64,000 nt of DNA from positions 96,001 through 160,000 of the forward strand of contig JAZIGN010000004.1 in the NCBI GenBank assembly GCA_036679065.1, written 5' to 3'. Position 1 is the first letter of the stretch. Every line of letters starts with the position of its first letter. The notes beneath the pieces were generated by a model. It was not told the origin of the DNA. It ran no database searches and saw nothing but the letters and a program-made list of their open reading frames with translations. Shown one piece after another: positions 39,042 to 48,008 of the stretch. The position numbers and the translations under genes were made by a program. The DNA is from Coprothermobacterota bacterium. Its GTDB lineage: Bacteria; Coprothermobacterota; Coprothermobacteria; Coprothermobacterales; Coprothermobacteraceae.

Positions 39042-41146
39042 AAGAACTTAAGGCTGAGCTTCTAAAAAGTGTCTCTTCATATTTAGGAAATTCTGAGAAC
39101 ATTGAGAAAGCGATCCAGTTCGCAAGCTTAGCTCATACTGGTCAGAAGAGACGTTCTGGAGAAGACTACATGGTACATCCCCTCAGGGTTGCCCTCATTC
39201 TGGCTGAGTTGTATGCTGATGAGGAGTCCATAATTGCGGGGATTCTGCACGACGTTGTGGAAGATACCCCTGTAACACTGCGGGATGTAGAAGAGAACTT
39301 TGGTACAGAGGTGGCGCTCCTAGTGGACGGCTTGACGAAGCTTAGGAAGTTGCCCAAAGGTACGGGCTGGGAAGGAGCGCAGAAAGAAAACCTTCGAAAG
39401 CTTTTCCTGAGTGCAGCGCAAGATCCACGTGTGGTCATAGTAAAGCTCGCTGATCGACTTCATAACATGCGGACTATTCAGTATCTGCCTGCAGACAAAC
39501 AGAAGAGAGTGGCTAAGGAAACCTTGGACATTTATGCCCCATTAGCTCATCGTCTGGGTGTTTACAGGATTAGGTGGGAACTGGAAGACCTTGCTTTCAA
39601 GACGCTTTATCCAGAACAGTATGAGTACATTTCCACATTGGTAAATCAAAAGCTAAAAGGACAGAAGGAAGTTATAGAAGAGGCCAGAGCCAAGGTCGAG
39701 GATATGTTGAAAGCGCGAGGTATGAAAGCCAGAGTAGAGGGGCGAGTCAAACACCTTTACTCTGTCTATACCAAAATGCTCACGCAGAACAAAACCATTG
39801 ACGAAATATTCGACCTCATGGGGCTAAGAGTAATTCTTGATACTGAGGAGGAATGTTACGTCACATTAGGGCTAGTTCACGCTTTGTGGCCACCCATACC
39901 AGGACGGTTAAAAGACTATATCGCTTTACCTAAACCGAACTTTTATCAGAGTTTGCATACCACAGTTATTGGTCCTGAAGGACTACCACTGGAGGTTCAG
40001 ATCAGAACATGGTACATGCACCAAGTGGCTGAGTACGGTGTTGCAGCACACTGGGCCTATAAAGAGGGTGTTACTCCTAAATCCACTTTAGAGAGGATCA
40101 ATTGGCTGGAGCAAGTGTTTGCGTTTGAGGATGAGAAAGTGAAGAGCACCGACGAGATTACTCAAGCCGTGATGGACACGCTAAAGGAAGAAATACTCGT
40201 TTTCACTCCAAAAGGGGACGTGGTGTCACTACCAAAAGGAGCCACGGTGCTTGATTTTGCTTACAGAATACATACCGAGATCGGGCATCACGCTGTTGGA
40301 GCACGGGTAAATGGTGCTTGGGTACCATTAGATAAGCAGCTTGAAATGGGTGACCGAGTGGAAATAATAACCAGCAAGAATCGTTCTGGTCCAAGCATAG
40401 AGTGGCTAAAAATAGTAAAAACAGCACATGCGGCTGACAAAATAAACAGCTGGTTTCGTAAAAAGGATCGACAAGAGCTTATTGAAGATTCAAGAAGGCT
40501 ACTGGAGGAATCTCTTAAAAGGTTCGATCTCACATACCAAGACTTCATCGACACATTGAAATCCAGGAACATGAATGTAGAATCAATACTGCTTAACATC
40601 ATAAAAAATCAGTCCTCGCTTGAGTTAGTACTTAAAAACTTAGGACTTGTTGAGCCTGAACCTGCTAAAGATGAGGAAAGTAAAGCAGTAGCGACGAAAG
40701 AACAAACATCAGTTAGCAGTGTGACTGGCATTCCATACCGCTTAGCGAAATGTTGCAGTCCACTTCCCCCAGAGGACATTGTTGGAGTAGTAGAGAGTGG
40801 CCATGGCATAGTGGTTCATGCAGCTGATTGTAAGAATGTTAGCGATGCGAGCAAAACCATTGCACTGAGTTGGGATCAGCTGCACGGAGCTAGAAACAAG
40901 GACGGTTATCCCGTGGACATTAAAATTACTGCTAGAGACCGTTTGGGACTTTTAGCTGATATTGGTTCGGTTTTCGCTGTGGCTGGTTTGAACATTGATA
41001 AGATAACAGTGCAAAGGAGACAACGTATTGAACAGATCAAAATAGTGGTAGAAGTAAAACTGAGAAACAAGGACGATTTCCAGATCATACTTAATAAGCT
41101 ATCCGAAATGCCAGAAATTATGGAAGTGTCAAAGGGTAAGCAATGA
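39029..41146 (+). CDS. rel: Bifunctional (p)ppGpp synthetase/hydrolase Rel; proposed ATT start at 39029
   Basis: [14 protein letters not shown] (upstream of the first ATG), [34 protein letters not shown] and ACT domains. Confidence 0.93.
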   Translation: MDSLEELKAELLKSVSSYLGNSENIEKAIQFASLAHTGQKRRSGEDYMVHPLRVALILAELYADEESIIAGILHDVVEDTPVTLRDVEENFGTEVALLVDGLTKLRKLPKGTGWEGAQKENLRKLFLSAAQDPRVVIVKLADRLHNMRTIQYLPADKQKRVAKETLDIYAPLAHRLGVYRIRWELEDLAFKTLYPEQYEYISTLVNQKLKGQKEVIEEARAKVEDMLKARGMKARVEGRVKHLYSVYTKMLTQNKTIDEIFDLMGLRVILDTEEECYVTLGLVHALWPPIPGRLKDYIALPKPNFYQSLHTTVIGPEGLPLEVQIRTWYMHQVAEYGVAAHWAYKEGVTPKSTLERINWLEQVFAFEDEKVKSTDEITQAVMDTLKEEILVFTPKGDVVSLPKGATVLDFAYRIHTEIGHHAVGARVNGAWVPLDKQLEMGDRVEIITSKNRSGPSIEWLKIVKTAHAADKINSWFRKKDRQELIEDSRRLLEESLKRFDLTYQDFIDTLKSRNMNVESILLNIIKNQSSLELVLKNLGLVEPEPAKDEESKAVATKEQTSVSSVTGIPYRLAKCCSPLPPEDIVGVVESGHGIVVHAADCKNVSDASKTIALSWDQLHGARNKDGYPVDIKITARDRLGLLADIGSVFAVAGLNIDKITVQRRQRIEQIKIVVEVKLRNKDDFQIILNKLSEMPEIMEVSKGKQ

Positions 41147-41571
41147 TAGTCGTTGTTTCTCGTGTAAGCAATGCTTCTATTGTCTGTGACGGCAAACCAA
41201 TTGGATCGATTGGCAAAGGGCTTGTCTGTTTTGTCGGGCTAGAAAAGGGAGATACGGTGGATAATGTCAGAAAAGGTGCCCAAAAAGTATGCGAAATTAA
41301 AGTTTTTGAGAATGATGAGGGCCGTTTAGGGCTTTCTTTAAAGGATATCGAGGGCAGCGTGATGGCAGTTAGCAACTTCACCTTGGCTGGCGTAGTGGAC
41401 GGCCGACGAATGTCTTTTGACAATGCTTTGCCGTTTGCTGAGGCTAAACCGCTCTTTGAGGAATTCTGCAAGGCTCTAAATACAGAGAAGAAAGTATGTA
41501 GTGTATTCGGGTCGTACATGGAAATCGCCATGAATCATGACGGCCCCGTGAATGTCATTCTAAGAACCTAG
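41143..41571 (+). CDS. dtd: D-aminoacyl-tRNA deacylase
   Basis: RV..ASI, SNFTL, FG..M, NHDGPV; follows rel. Confidence 0.92.
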   Translation: MIVVVSRVSNASIVCDGKPIGSIGKGLVCFVGLEKGDTVDNVRKGAQKVCEIKVFENDEGRLGLSLKDIEGSVMAVSNFTLAGVVDGRRMSFDNALPFAEAKPLFEEFCKALNTEKKVCSVFGSYMEIAMNHDGPVNVILRT

Positions 41572-41772
41572 TGTGGCACAAAAGGTCCCAGATTTGGTGT
41601 GCCATGGCTACCGTTAATTCCCAGTGATTGTGAATAGTGCTTTAAGTAGTGAGTGTTATCACTAAACCTGTTATGGCATATAATCATTCTTAGTTGCGCT
41701 TGGCATATTATCTTGGCTAACGTGCCTATTTAGTTGGTCAGTCAGGCGTAAAGACGCGAGGAGGCGTTAAAC

Positions 41773-42117
41773 ATGGCAAAGAGTAATGCCAAAGAGGAAG
41801 CCAAGGAACTTAACGAAGGAATGGCACAGCTGGCTAACGAAATTCCAGGAGTGATGAAAGGCTTTAATGAAGTTCACCATGCTGCAACGGCTGATGGAGC
41901 TCTTTCCACAAAAGAGAAGGAACTCATTGCTTTAGGGATTGCCGTAGCGGTAAGATGTTCTCACTGTATTGTGGCACATGTGGGAGCAGCTCTGCAGGCA
42001 GGTGCAACCAGGGAAGAAATAATGGAAGCTCTGGGTGTAGCAGTGCTAATGAGTGGAGGACCGGGAGTTACATACTCGATCGAAGCCATGAAGGTTCTTG
42101 AGGACTTCATGCACTGA
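41773..42117 (+). CDS. Carboxymuconolactone decarboxylase/AhpD-like protein
   Basis: GALS.KEKELIALGIAV..RCSHC..H, GATREEI.EA, MSGGP; SD GAGGAGG. Confidence 0.9.
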   Translation: MAKSNAKEEAKELNEGMAQLANEIPGVMKGFNEVHHAATADGALSTKEKELIALGIAVAVRCSHCIVAHVGAALQAGATREEIMEALGVAVLMSGGPGVTYSIEAMKVLEDFMH

Positions 42118-42409
42118 GCGATGAACCATTGAGAAGATTGAAGATGTTACAAAGTTGCTTATGCTCATAGCTTAATCTGACCACACCATATGTTGATAAC
42201 AAATTGGAACTAATCGTGCATCACTTAGAAAGTATAAGCGTCGGTTCGACAAAGTGAGGAAAGGGAGTTCTGAGCGAAAAGCATGTTGGCCAGAACTCCC
42301 TCTTGAGTTTGTAGATGGATTTGTATTAGGCTTTAGTCAAGATCGTAAATCTACTTTTGCCTAGAGGATTTACCGTATCCGCAGGGATCGTCAACAGATT
42401 AGGGGTGAT

Positions 42410-43336
42410 GTGGTGGGTGGTAACAACAGGATCATCGAGGTTGAGAGTTTAGAGAAATCCTATGGTGATGTGCATGCTGTAAAAGGCATTAGTTTTTACG
42501 TTGAGGAGGGTAGACTTTTTGCCTTTCTTGGCCCCAACGGTGCAGGGAAGTCTACCACGATTGATATACTCTGTACGGTCCTCAAACCAGACAGTGGTAC
42601 TGTGATCATAGACGGCAGCGTTTTGGGAAAAGATGACGATGCCATAAGAAAGTCCATAGGAGTAGTGTTTCAGTATGGTGTTTTGGACGATGCACTCACT
42701 GTGAAAGAGAATCTTTTATTTAGAGCTTCTTTGTATGGTCTTCGCAGCGCAGAAGCTCAAAATGCGGTGGATTCTGCTTGCCAATTAGCTGCAGTAACCG
42801 ACATCGCTGACCGGCCTTATGGGAAGCTTTCTGGTGGTCAGCGCAGAAGGTGTGATATAGCAAGGGCGCTGATTCACACGCCTAAGATACTGTTCTTGGA
42901 TGAACCCACCACTGGCCTGGATCCGCAAACACGAAAACGAATGTGGGACTTAATTATTCATATGAAGGATAGCCTCGGCACCACAATATTTCTAACGACT
43001 CACTACATGGAGGAAGCAGCGGAAGCCGACTATGTCATTGTCATTGATGACGGCAAAATTGTCGCCAAAGGTACCCCTTTGGAACTCAAAGAGAAATACG
43101 CTTCCGATAAGCTAATCTTAGTTAGTTCAGACATCCATAAAGTTGCTGGTCTACTTCGCACCATGGGTTTGGAATACGGCTTGAATGGTAATCACGTGAC
43201 AGTTCCTTTGAGGACTTCACTGGACGCATTACCGTTGTTGGAACTTTTGAAAGATTACCTGATTTCCTTTGAAGTTGTCTTAGGCACAATGGACGAGGCA
43301 TTCATCACTATCATAGGAAAGGAACTTAGAGAATGA
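42410..43336 (+). CDS. ABC exporter ATP-binding protein
   Basis: GPNGAGKST, LSGGQ, LDEPT.GLD, TTH. Confidence 0.94.
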   Translation: MVGGNNRIIEVESLEKSYGDVHAVKGISFYVEEGRLFAFLGPNGAGKSTTIDILCTVLKPDSGTVIIDGSVLGKDDDAIRKSIGVVFQYGVLDDALTVKENLLFRASLYGLRSAEAQNAVDSACQLAAVTDIADRPYGKLSGGQRRRCDIARALIHTPKILFLDEPTTGLDPQTRKRMWDLIIHMKDSLGTTIFLTTHYMEEAAEADYVIVIDDGKIVAKGTPLELKEKYASDKLILVSSDIHKVAGLLRTMGLEYGLNGNHVTVPLRTSLDALPLLELLKDYLISFEVVLGTMDEAFITIIGKELRE

Positions 43337-44196
43337 TAGGGCTTGCTCGAAGGAACCTAACCGTATTCTTCCGCGATAAAGCAGCTGTTTTCTTTTCGCT
43401 CCTGTCTGCATTGATTGTATTTGGGCTTTACGTGTTTTTTCTTGGTGACTTGTGGACGTCAAACCTTAATACCATAGCTAACGGGCGAGAGATTATGGAC
43501 AGTTGGTTGACTGCGGGCCTTTTAACAGTTACTTCTTTTACCACTGCCATGGGTGCTTACGGTGTAATGGTGGAAGATAGAGTAAGAGGAATCTCTAAGG
43601 ACTTCTATGCGAGTCCCGTTGGCAGGAAAGACATAGTGGGAGGTTATGTGCTGTCAGCGTTTATTACCGGACTCATCATAAGTGTTATTACGTTGTTACT
43701 AGGAGAGGTTTACATTGTGTCCAACGGAGGTAAATGGTTGGATATTTTCTCTTTCGCAAAGGTCATTGGTGTTTTGATAATCACTTCACTCATGAATAAT
43801 AGTTTGCTCTTTGTACTTGTATCGTTCTTTTCCACTCCTGTCTCATTTTCAGCTGCAAGTACCGTGGTGGGGACACTGATCGGTTTCCTTACCGGCATTT
43901 ATGTTCCTGCTGGGATGCTGTCTAGTTCTATGCAGTGGGTAATAAAGTTATTTCCAGTTTCTCATGCGGGAGCTTTGCTCCGCCAAATAATCATGGATAA
44001 ACCCATGTCAAGAGGATTTAGCGGAGTTCCTGCGAAGCAGGTACTCGAGATCAAGGAAATCCTTGGAGTGGTGTTCTCTTTTGGAAATCAGCCTATGGAG
44101 CCTTGGATGCATGTGTTGGTTATTTTGGGGACTGCTGTAATCTTTTTTGTGTTGGGAGTGATTATCGTTTCGAGAACTAAGGGTTTTTCTAAATAA
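43333..44196 (+). CDS. ABC-2 type permease
   Basis: About six hydrophobic segments, G.Y.P motif, ATGA overlap with the ATPase gene. Confidence 0.9.
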   Translation: MIGLARRNLTVFFRDKAAVFFSLLSALIVFGLYVFFLGDLWTSNLNTIANGREIMDSWLTAGLLTVTSFTTAMGAYGVMVEDRVRGISKDFYASPVGRKDIVGGYVLSAFITGLIISVITLLLGEVYIVSNGGKWLDIFSFAKVIGVLIITSLMNNSLLFVLVSFFSTPVSFSAASTVVGTLIGFLTGIYVPAGMLSSSMQWVIKLFPVSHAGALLRQIIMDKPMSRGFSGVPAKQVLEIKEILGVVFSFGNQPMEPWMHVLVILGTAVIFFVLGVIIVSRTKGFSK

Positions 44197-44215
44197 GAGG
44201 GGTATAGAGATACTG

Positions 44216-44290
44216 TGGTGGAGATGACCGGATTCGAACCGGCGACCTCTTGCTTGCGAAGCAAGCGCTCTCCCACTGAGCTACATCCCC
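44216..44290 (-). tRNA. tRNA-Ala (CGC)
   Basis: GGGGATG...CATCTCC-A-CCA with G3:U70; anticodon loop TTCGCAA. Confidence 0.96.
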
Positions 44291-44363
44291 ACACATTTTA
44301 TTTTACCTTATTGCTCAGTATTTTTCATGGGGAGCACAGCAGAAAACGCTAGAAATGCCTTAC

Positions 44364-44393
44364 TTGACATAACTAACAGCCATAAGCTATAAT
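44364..44393 (+). promoter_or_regulatory. Sigma70-type promoter of the Leu-Val-Asp-Phe tRNA cluster
   Basis: TTGACA-18 nt-TATAAT, 14 nt upstream of tRNA-Leu. Confidence 0.85.
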
Positions 44394-44407
44394 GAAAAAG
44401 ACCCCAA

Positions 44408-44495
44408 GCAGGGGTGGCGGAATAGGAAGACGCGCAGGATTGAGGGTCCTGTGGTTGCTGAGACCGTGCGGGTTCAAGTCCCGCCCCCTGCACCA
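44408..44495 (+). tRNA. tRNA-Leu (GAG)
   Basis: Long variable arm, loop TTGAGGG, CCA end. Confidence 0.95.
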
Positions 44496-44499
44496 TGGT

Positions 44500-44574
44500 G
44501 GGCGGTTAGCTCAGCGGTAGAGCGCTTGCCTTACAAGCAAGAGGTCAGAGGTTCGAAACCTCTACCGCCCACCA
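44500..44574 (+). tRNA. tRNA-Val (TAC)
   Basis: Cloverleaf, loop CTTACAA, CCA end. Confidence 0.96.
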
Positions 44575-44578
44575 AAGC

Positions 44579-44655
44579 GGGCTCGTGGTGTAGGGGCCAA
44601 ACACGCCGGCCTGTCAAGCCGGAGATCGGGGGTTCAAATCCCCTCGAGCCCGCCA
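44579..44655 (+). tRNA. tRNA-Asp (GTC)
   Basis: Cloverleaf, loop CTGTCAA, G73-CCA. Confidence 0.96.
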
Positions 44656-44662
44656 TTTTAGT

Positions 44663-44738
44663 GCCGAGGTAGCTCAGTCGGTAGAGCAGGGGACTGAAAA
44701 TCCCCGTGTCGGCGGTTCGATTCCGTCCCTCGGCACCA
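44663..44738 (+). tRNA. tRNA-Phe (GAA)
   Basis: Cloverleaf, loop CTGAAAA, CCA end. Confidence 0.96.
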
Positions 44739-44796
44739 TTTTTTGTTCTGCGTTCAAAAATCATCCTCGATAAGCAATTAAAGAAGTTAGACCACC

Positions 44797-44825
44797 TTTA
44801 AGGAGCTTAAAGTCTTTGGTATAAT
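44797..44825 (+). promoter_or_regulatory. Promoter for tRNA-Gly/Cys
   Basis: TTTAAG-17 nt-TATAAT with extended TG; overlapped by CTTTAAG/CTTAAAG inverted repeat. Confidence 0.65.
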
Positions 44826-44834
44826 TTACTAGGT

Positions 44835-44909
44835 GCGGGCATAGTTCAGTGGTAGAACATCAGCTTCCCAAGCTGAGGGTCGCGGGTTCGAATCCCGTTG
44901 CCCGCTCCA
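44835..44909 (+). tRNA. tRNA-Gly (CCC)
   Basis: GCGGGCA stem, loop TTCCCAA, U73-CCA. Confidence 0.96.
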
Positions 44910-44914
44910 GAAGA

Positions 44915-44988
44915 GGCGCCTTGGCCGAGCGGTTAGGCACGGGACTGCAAATCCCTGTAGGGCGGTTCGACTCCGCCAGGCGCCTCCA
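44915..44988 (+). tRNA. tRNA-Cys (GCA)
   Basis: GGCGCCT stem, loop CTGCAAA, U73-CCA. Confidence 0.96.
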
Positions 44989-44996
44989 TATACTGC

Positions 44997-45479
44997 TTAG
45001 AGCTTGTAACCAATTTTTCTAAGGAGTTCCTTCCGATCATTGACGGCTTCATCATCTTCGAAACCCAATGGGGAGAAACCATCTACCACACCCAGAACAG
45101 CATTTCCCACATCGGTCTTGGCGATTACTACTTGCATGGGATTAGCACCTGCAGCATATATGTGAGCAACTTCGGGAGTGTTCTTTATGGCATTTAGAAC
45201 GTTGATGGGGTATCCGTTTTCCATTACGATAATGAAGAAGTGACCAGCACTTATGTTCATAGCGTTCTTCTTAGCTAATTCGATCAACCTTTCATCATTG
45301 CCGCTAAACCTGATTAGCCGCGGACCAGAAGCTTCGTTGAACGCAAGTCCAAACCGTATGTTTGGGTTACTATTGACTATGGCCTCATGCAGATCTTCAA
45401 CTGTTTTTATGAAGTGAGCTTGCCCTAAAATAACATTTTGCTCCTCTTCTTTCTCCACAGGCACCAACAAGATTTCCAT
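44997..45479 (-). CDS. Adenosine-specific kinase family (DUF355) protein
   Basis: NVILGQAHFIKTVEDL, FGLAFNEASG, PINVLN, GVVDG..P, R..LRKIGYK; ATG 45479 after AAGGAGGTGG. Confidence 0.88.
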   Translation of the reverse strand: MEILLVPVEKEEEQNVILGQAHFIKTVEDLHEAIVNSNPNIRFGLAFNEASGPRLIRFSGNDERLIELAKKNAMNISAGHFFIIVMENGYPINVLNAIKNTPEVAHIYAAGANPMQVVIAKTDVGNAVLGVVDGFSPLGFEDDEAVNDRKELLRKIGYKL

Positions 45480-45540
45480 CAAAAATGCCACCTCCTTAAG
45501 CTATGGTCTGTGTCCATCATTGATATAATAAATCAAAGTT

Positions 45541-46518
45541 ATGACAGAAAGGCAAAGAAGAATACTGATTACACTTGTGGACTCTTACTTGAAGAACGGT
45601 CGTGCTCCTTCCTCGGCGCAGTTATCAGAAATGCTCGATAAACAGTGGAGTAGCGCCACCATACGCAATGAATTAGCGTCACTTCGCATGAGAGGTTATC
45701 TAAAGCAGGAGACTAAGGTCTCGCCTTACGAGCCCACGGAGGAGGGTATGACCCTTTACTTCGGTATGAAACTCATTGAGGCCATACTTGGTAATTCATC
45801 TGAAACAGATCTTGAAGTTAGGCAGATGCAAGCTGCCTCTGTGGAAGATGTGCTGGTCAATGGTGTTCAATGGGTTAGCGAAGATGTGGGATCCCCTGCG
45901 ATTGGAGTCGCTATGGCTACACCGTTAGTATCCTCTGTAAAGCTCATTCCCATAACTCCAACAAAGGTTGCAGTGATCATTGTCTTTGATGATGGTACCG
46001 TGGAATCTGGGATAGCGAACCTTGAAACAGCCACGACACAAACAAGTCTGGATCTGCTCAGCTCTTTGCTTGAGGAGCTAGTTAGGAATAAAGCAGGTTC
46101 CGATGCTGCGGAGGCTATAAAGGAGCGACTAGACATATTTGATAGAAAGCACCTGGCTGTGAAAGATGTGCTACAACGTCTGCTAAAAGAGAGTGCAGGA
46201 GCTCCAAAAGCTGTGTACTTCCTGGGTGATGATCCTTCGCCCGAAGCCATTAGAGAGCTCAATGCACTGCTAAAAATCGCTAAGCAGAACCCAACATACG
46301 TTTATCATAGGATACTTTGGCGCATAGATCTTGGCGTTTTGCTCGATGAGTTTTTGGTAAGTCAGAGTGTTGGCATGTTTGCCGACATCAGTACTAGTAA
46401 AGTTATGAGTTTCATGGGAACCTTCGTGAGACGCGACAAAGATTTAGAAAAGGTGATTAGTACTTTGAAAGGTGTGAAAGACATTGCCAGAAAAGAAATT
46501 CAAAAGATATGCGATTGA
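45541..46518 (+). CDS. hrcA: Heat-inducible transcription repressor HrcA (divergent)
   Basis: MTERQ..IL..LV..Y, SSATIRNELA.L...GYL.Q; upstream of prmA-rsmE-mtaB. Confidence 0.8.
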   Translation: MTERQRRILITLVDSYLKNGRAPSSAQLSEMLDKQWSSATIRNELASLRMRGYLKQETKVSPYEPTEEGMTLYFGMKLIEAILGNSSETDLEVRQMQAASVEDVLVNGVQWVSEDVGSPAIGVAMATPLVSSVKLIPITPTKVAVIIVFDDGTVESGIANLETATTQTSLDLLSSLLEELVRNKAGSDAAEAIKERLDIFDRKHLAVKDVLQRLLKESAGAPKAVYFLGDDPSPEAIRELNALLKIAKQNPTYVYHRILWRIDLGVLLDEFLVSQSVGMFADISTSKVMSFMGTFVRRDKDLEKVISTLKGVKDIARKEIQKICD

Positions 46519-47293
46519 AGTGGAAAAAGAACAACATTTTGAAAGGCTTGTGAGCGAACTGCATGAATGTTTTCCTAACGTGGGCTATCTAGTAAACGAA
46601 GAGAACGGCAAAACTACTGTTGAGTTTTACCTTCCTGAAGATGTTGCCATACCCGAAAGAATCTCCCGTAATTGGGCCGTGGATGAGCTCGGATATGATA
46701 GCCAACAGTGGCTAAACGACCTTCGGGGCAAGTTCAAGGGGGTAAACGTGGCTGGGATTCGCATAGTTCCTCCGTGGGAGGAACATGACGAAGGCGATCT
46801 GGTAATCTATCCTGGTATGGCATTTGGAACTGGAGAACATGCAAGCACACAACTTGCCCTGGAGCTTTTGGCAATTTTGCCTTTGCAAGGGAAAAGCTTT
46901 CTCGATGTGGGTACAGGGAGTGGAGTATTGTCAGTTTTCGCGAAACAACGAGGATGTTCTAGTGTACGTGGAGTAGACATTGACCCTATCTCCATAGAAA
47001 ACGCATTAGAAAATGCCAAACTCAATCGTGTTGACATAACTTTTGAAGTAGCTGACGCTTACGAACTGAGTGGTGAATACGACATTGTTTGTGCCAATTT
47101 GGTTACTGATCTTTTGCTGGATTTGGAAAGCACTTTGCAATCATTATCAAAAGAATTCCTAGTTCTTTCCGGTGTTCCTGTGGAAGATTATGATAAAGTA
47201 TTATCAACTTTCGGCGAGCCTTACTTGGCTGTGTTTGGCCAAGACTGGGTGGCCTTCGTTTACAAGAAGAGCATAATCCATGCGCAAATATAG
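46484..47293 (+). CDS. prmA: Ribosomal protein L11 methyltransferase
   Basis: PPWE, PGMAFGTG.H.ST, LDVGTGSG.L, AN. Confidence 0.94.
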   Translation: MPEKKFKRYAIEVEKEQHFERLVSELHECFPNVGYLVNEENGKTTVEFYLPEDVAIPERISRNWAVDELGYDSQQWLNDLRGKFKGVNVAGIRIVPPWEEHDEGDLVIYPGMAFGTGEHASTQLALELLAILPLQGKSFLDVGTGSGVLSVFAKQRGCSSVRGVDIDPISIENALENAKLNRVDITFEVADAYELSGEYDIVCANLVTDLLLDLESTLQSLSKEFLVLSGVPVEDYDKVLSTFGEPYLAVFGQDWVAFVYKKSIIHAQI

Positions 47294-48008
47294 AGTTTTT
47301 GTAGATAACAGCCTCATCGATTCTGACAAGAGAGTTGTGAACATTGATAAGGATCTACAGCGTTACGTTGAGCAGGTCTTAAGAGGTGCTCAGGACTGTA
47401 AAATTGTGGTTTTTGATGGAAGCGGGAAAGAATACACGACTATCTACGACAGCGAGCACAAGTACTTACTTATTGAAGACATAGTGAATAACTGCATAGA
47501 CAAGGGTTTTTCTATCTCACTATTCCAAGCTATTCCTAAGGGGATGGCCATGGACGATATCGTTGCTCTGTGTTCACAGTTGGGTGTCGACTACATTTAC
47601 CCAATGATCACTGCTAGAACTAATGCGAAACAAGTAGGAAACAACAAGCTTCTGCGCTGGCAGCGAATTGCCTTAGAATCGGGCAAAGTAGGGGGATTCT
47701 GCAACACCACTGAGGTGCGACCACCACTATTGTTGAAGGATGCTCTCCCACTTCTCAATCAAGTTGATCTGGTGCTTTTCTTGTACGAAAATGCTCAAGT
47801 CAATCTGAAGAATTTCGCGACGCAAATTGAAAGAGCAAATCATATTGCACTGGTGGTTGGTCCAGAAGGGGGCTTCGAACCATCTGAAGCTGAGGAACTT
47901 GGAAAACACTCAGTAACTGTTAGCCTGGGTCCAGTTATCTTTAGAAGCAGGTGGGCGGCATCTGTTGCCGTAATGACTATTGATTTTATCAAAGGGCTTG
48001 TAGGATGA
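47280..48008 (+). CDS. rsmE: 16S rRNA m3U1498 methyltransferase
   Basis: VLR, QLGV, RWQRI, VGPEGGF..E, SLG..I.R. Confidence 0.92.
   Translation: MRKYRVFVDNSLIDSDKRVVNIDKDLQRYVEQVLRGAQDCKIVVFDGSGKEYTTIYDSEHKYLLIEDIVNNCIDKGFSISLFQAIPKGMAMDDIVALCSQLGVDYIYPMITARTNAKQVGNNKLLRWQRIALESGKVGGFCNTTEVRPPLLLKDALPLLNQVDLVLFLYENAQVNLKNFATQIERANHIALVVGPEGGFEPSEAEELGKHSVTVSLGPVIFRSRWAASVAVMTIDFIKGLVG

Noticed and set aside
41572..44290. CMD plus ABC exporter as an islet integrated at tRNA-Ala
   Set aside because: It abuts the tRNA 3' end, but I found no convincing duplicate of that end (only short TGGTG matches) and no integrase
44088..44764. ORF-track ORFs across the tRNA cluster
   Set aside because: Spurious translations of tRNA genes
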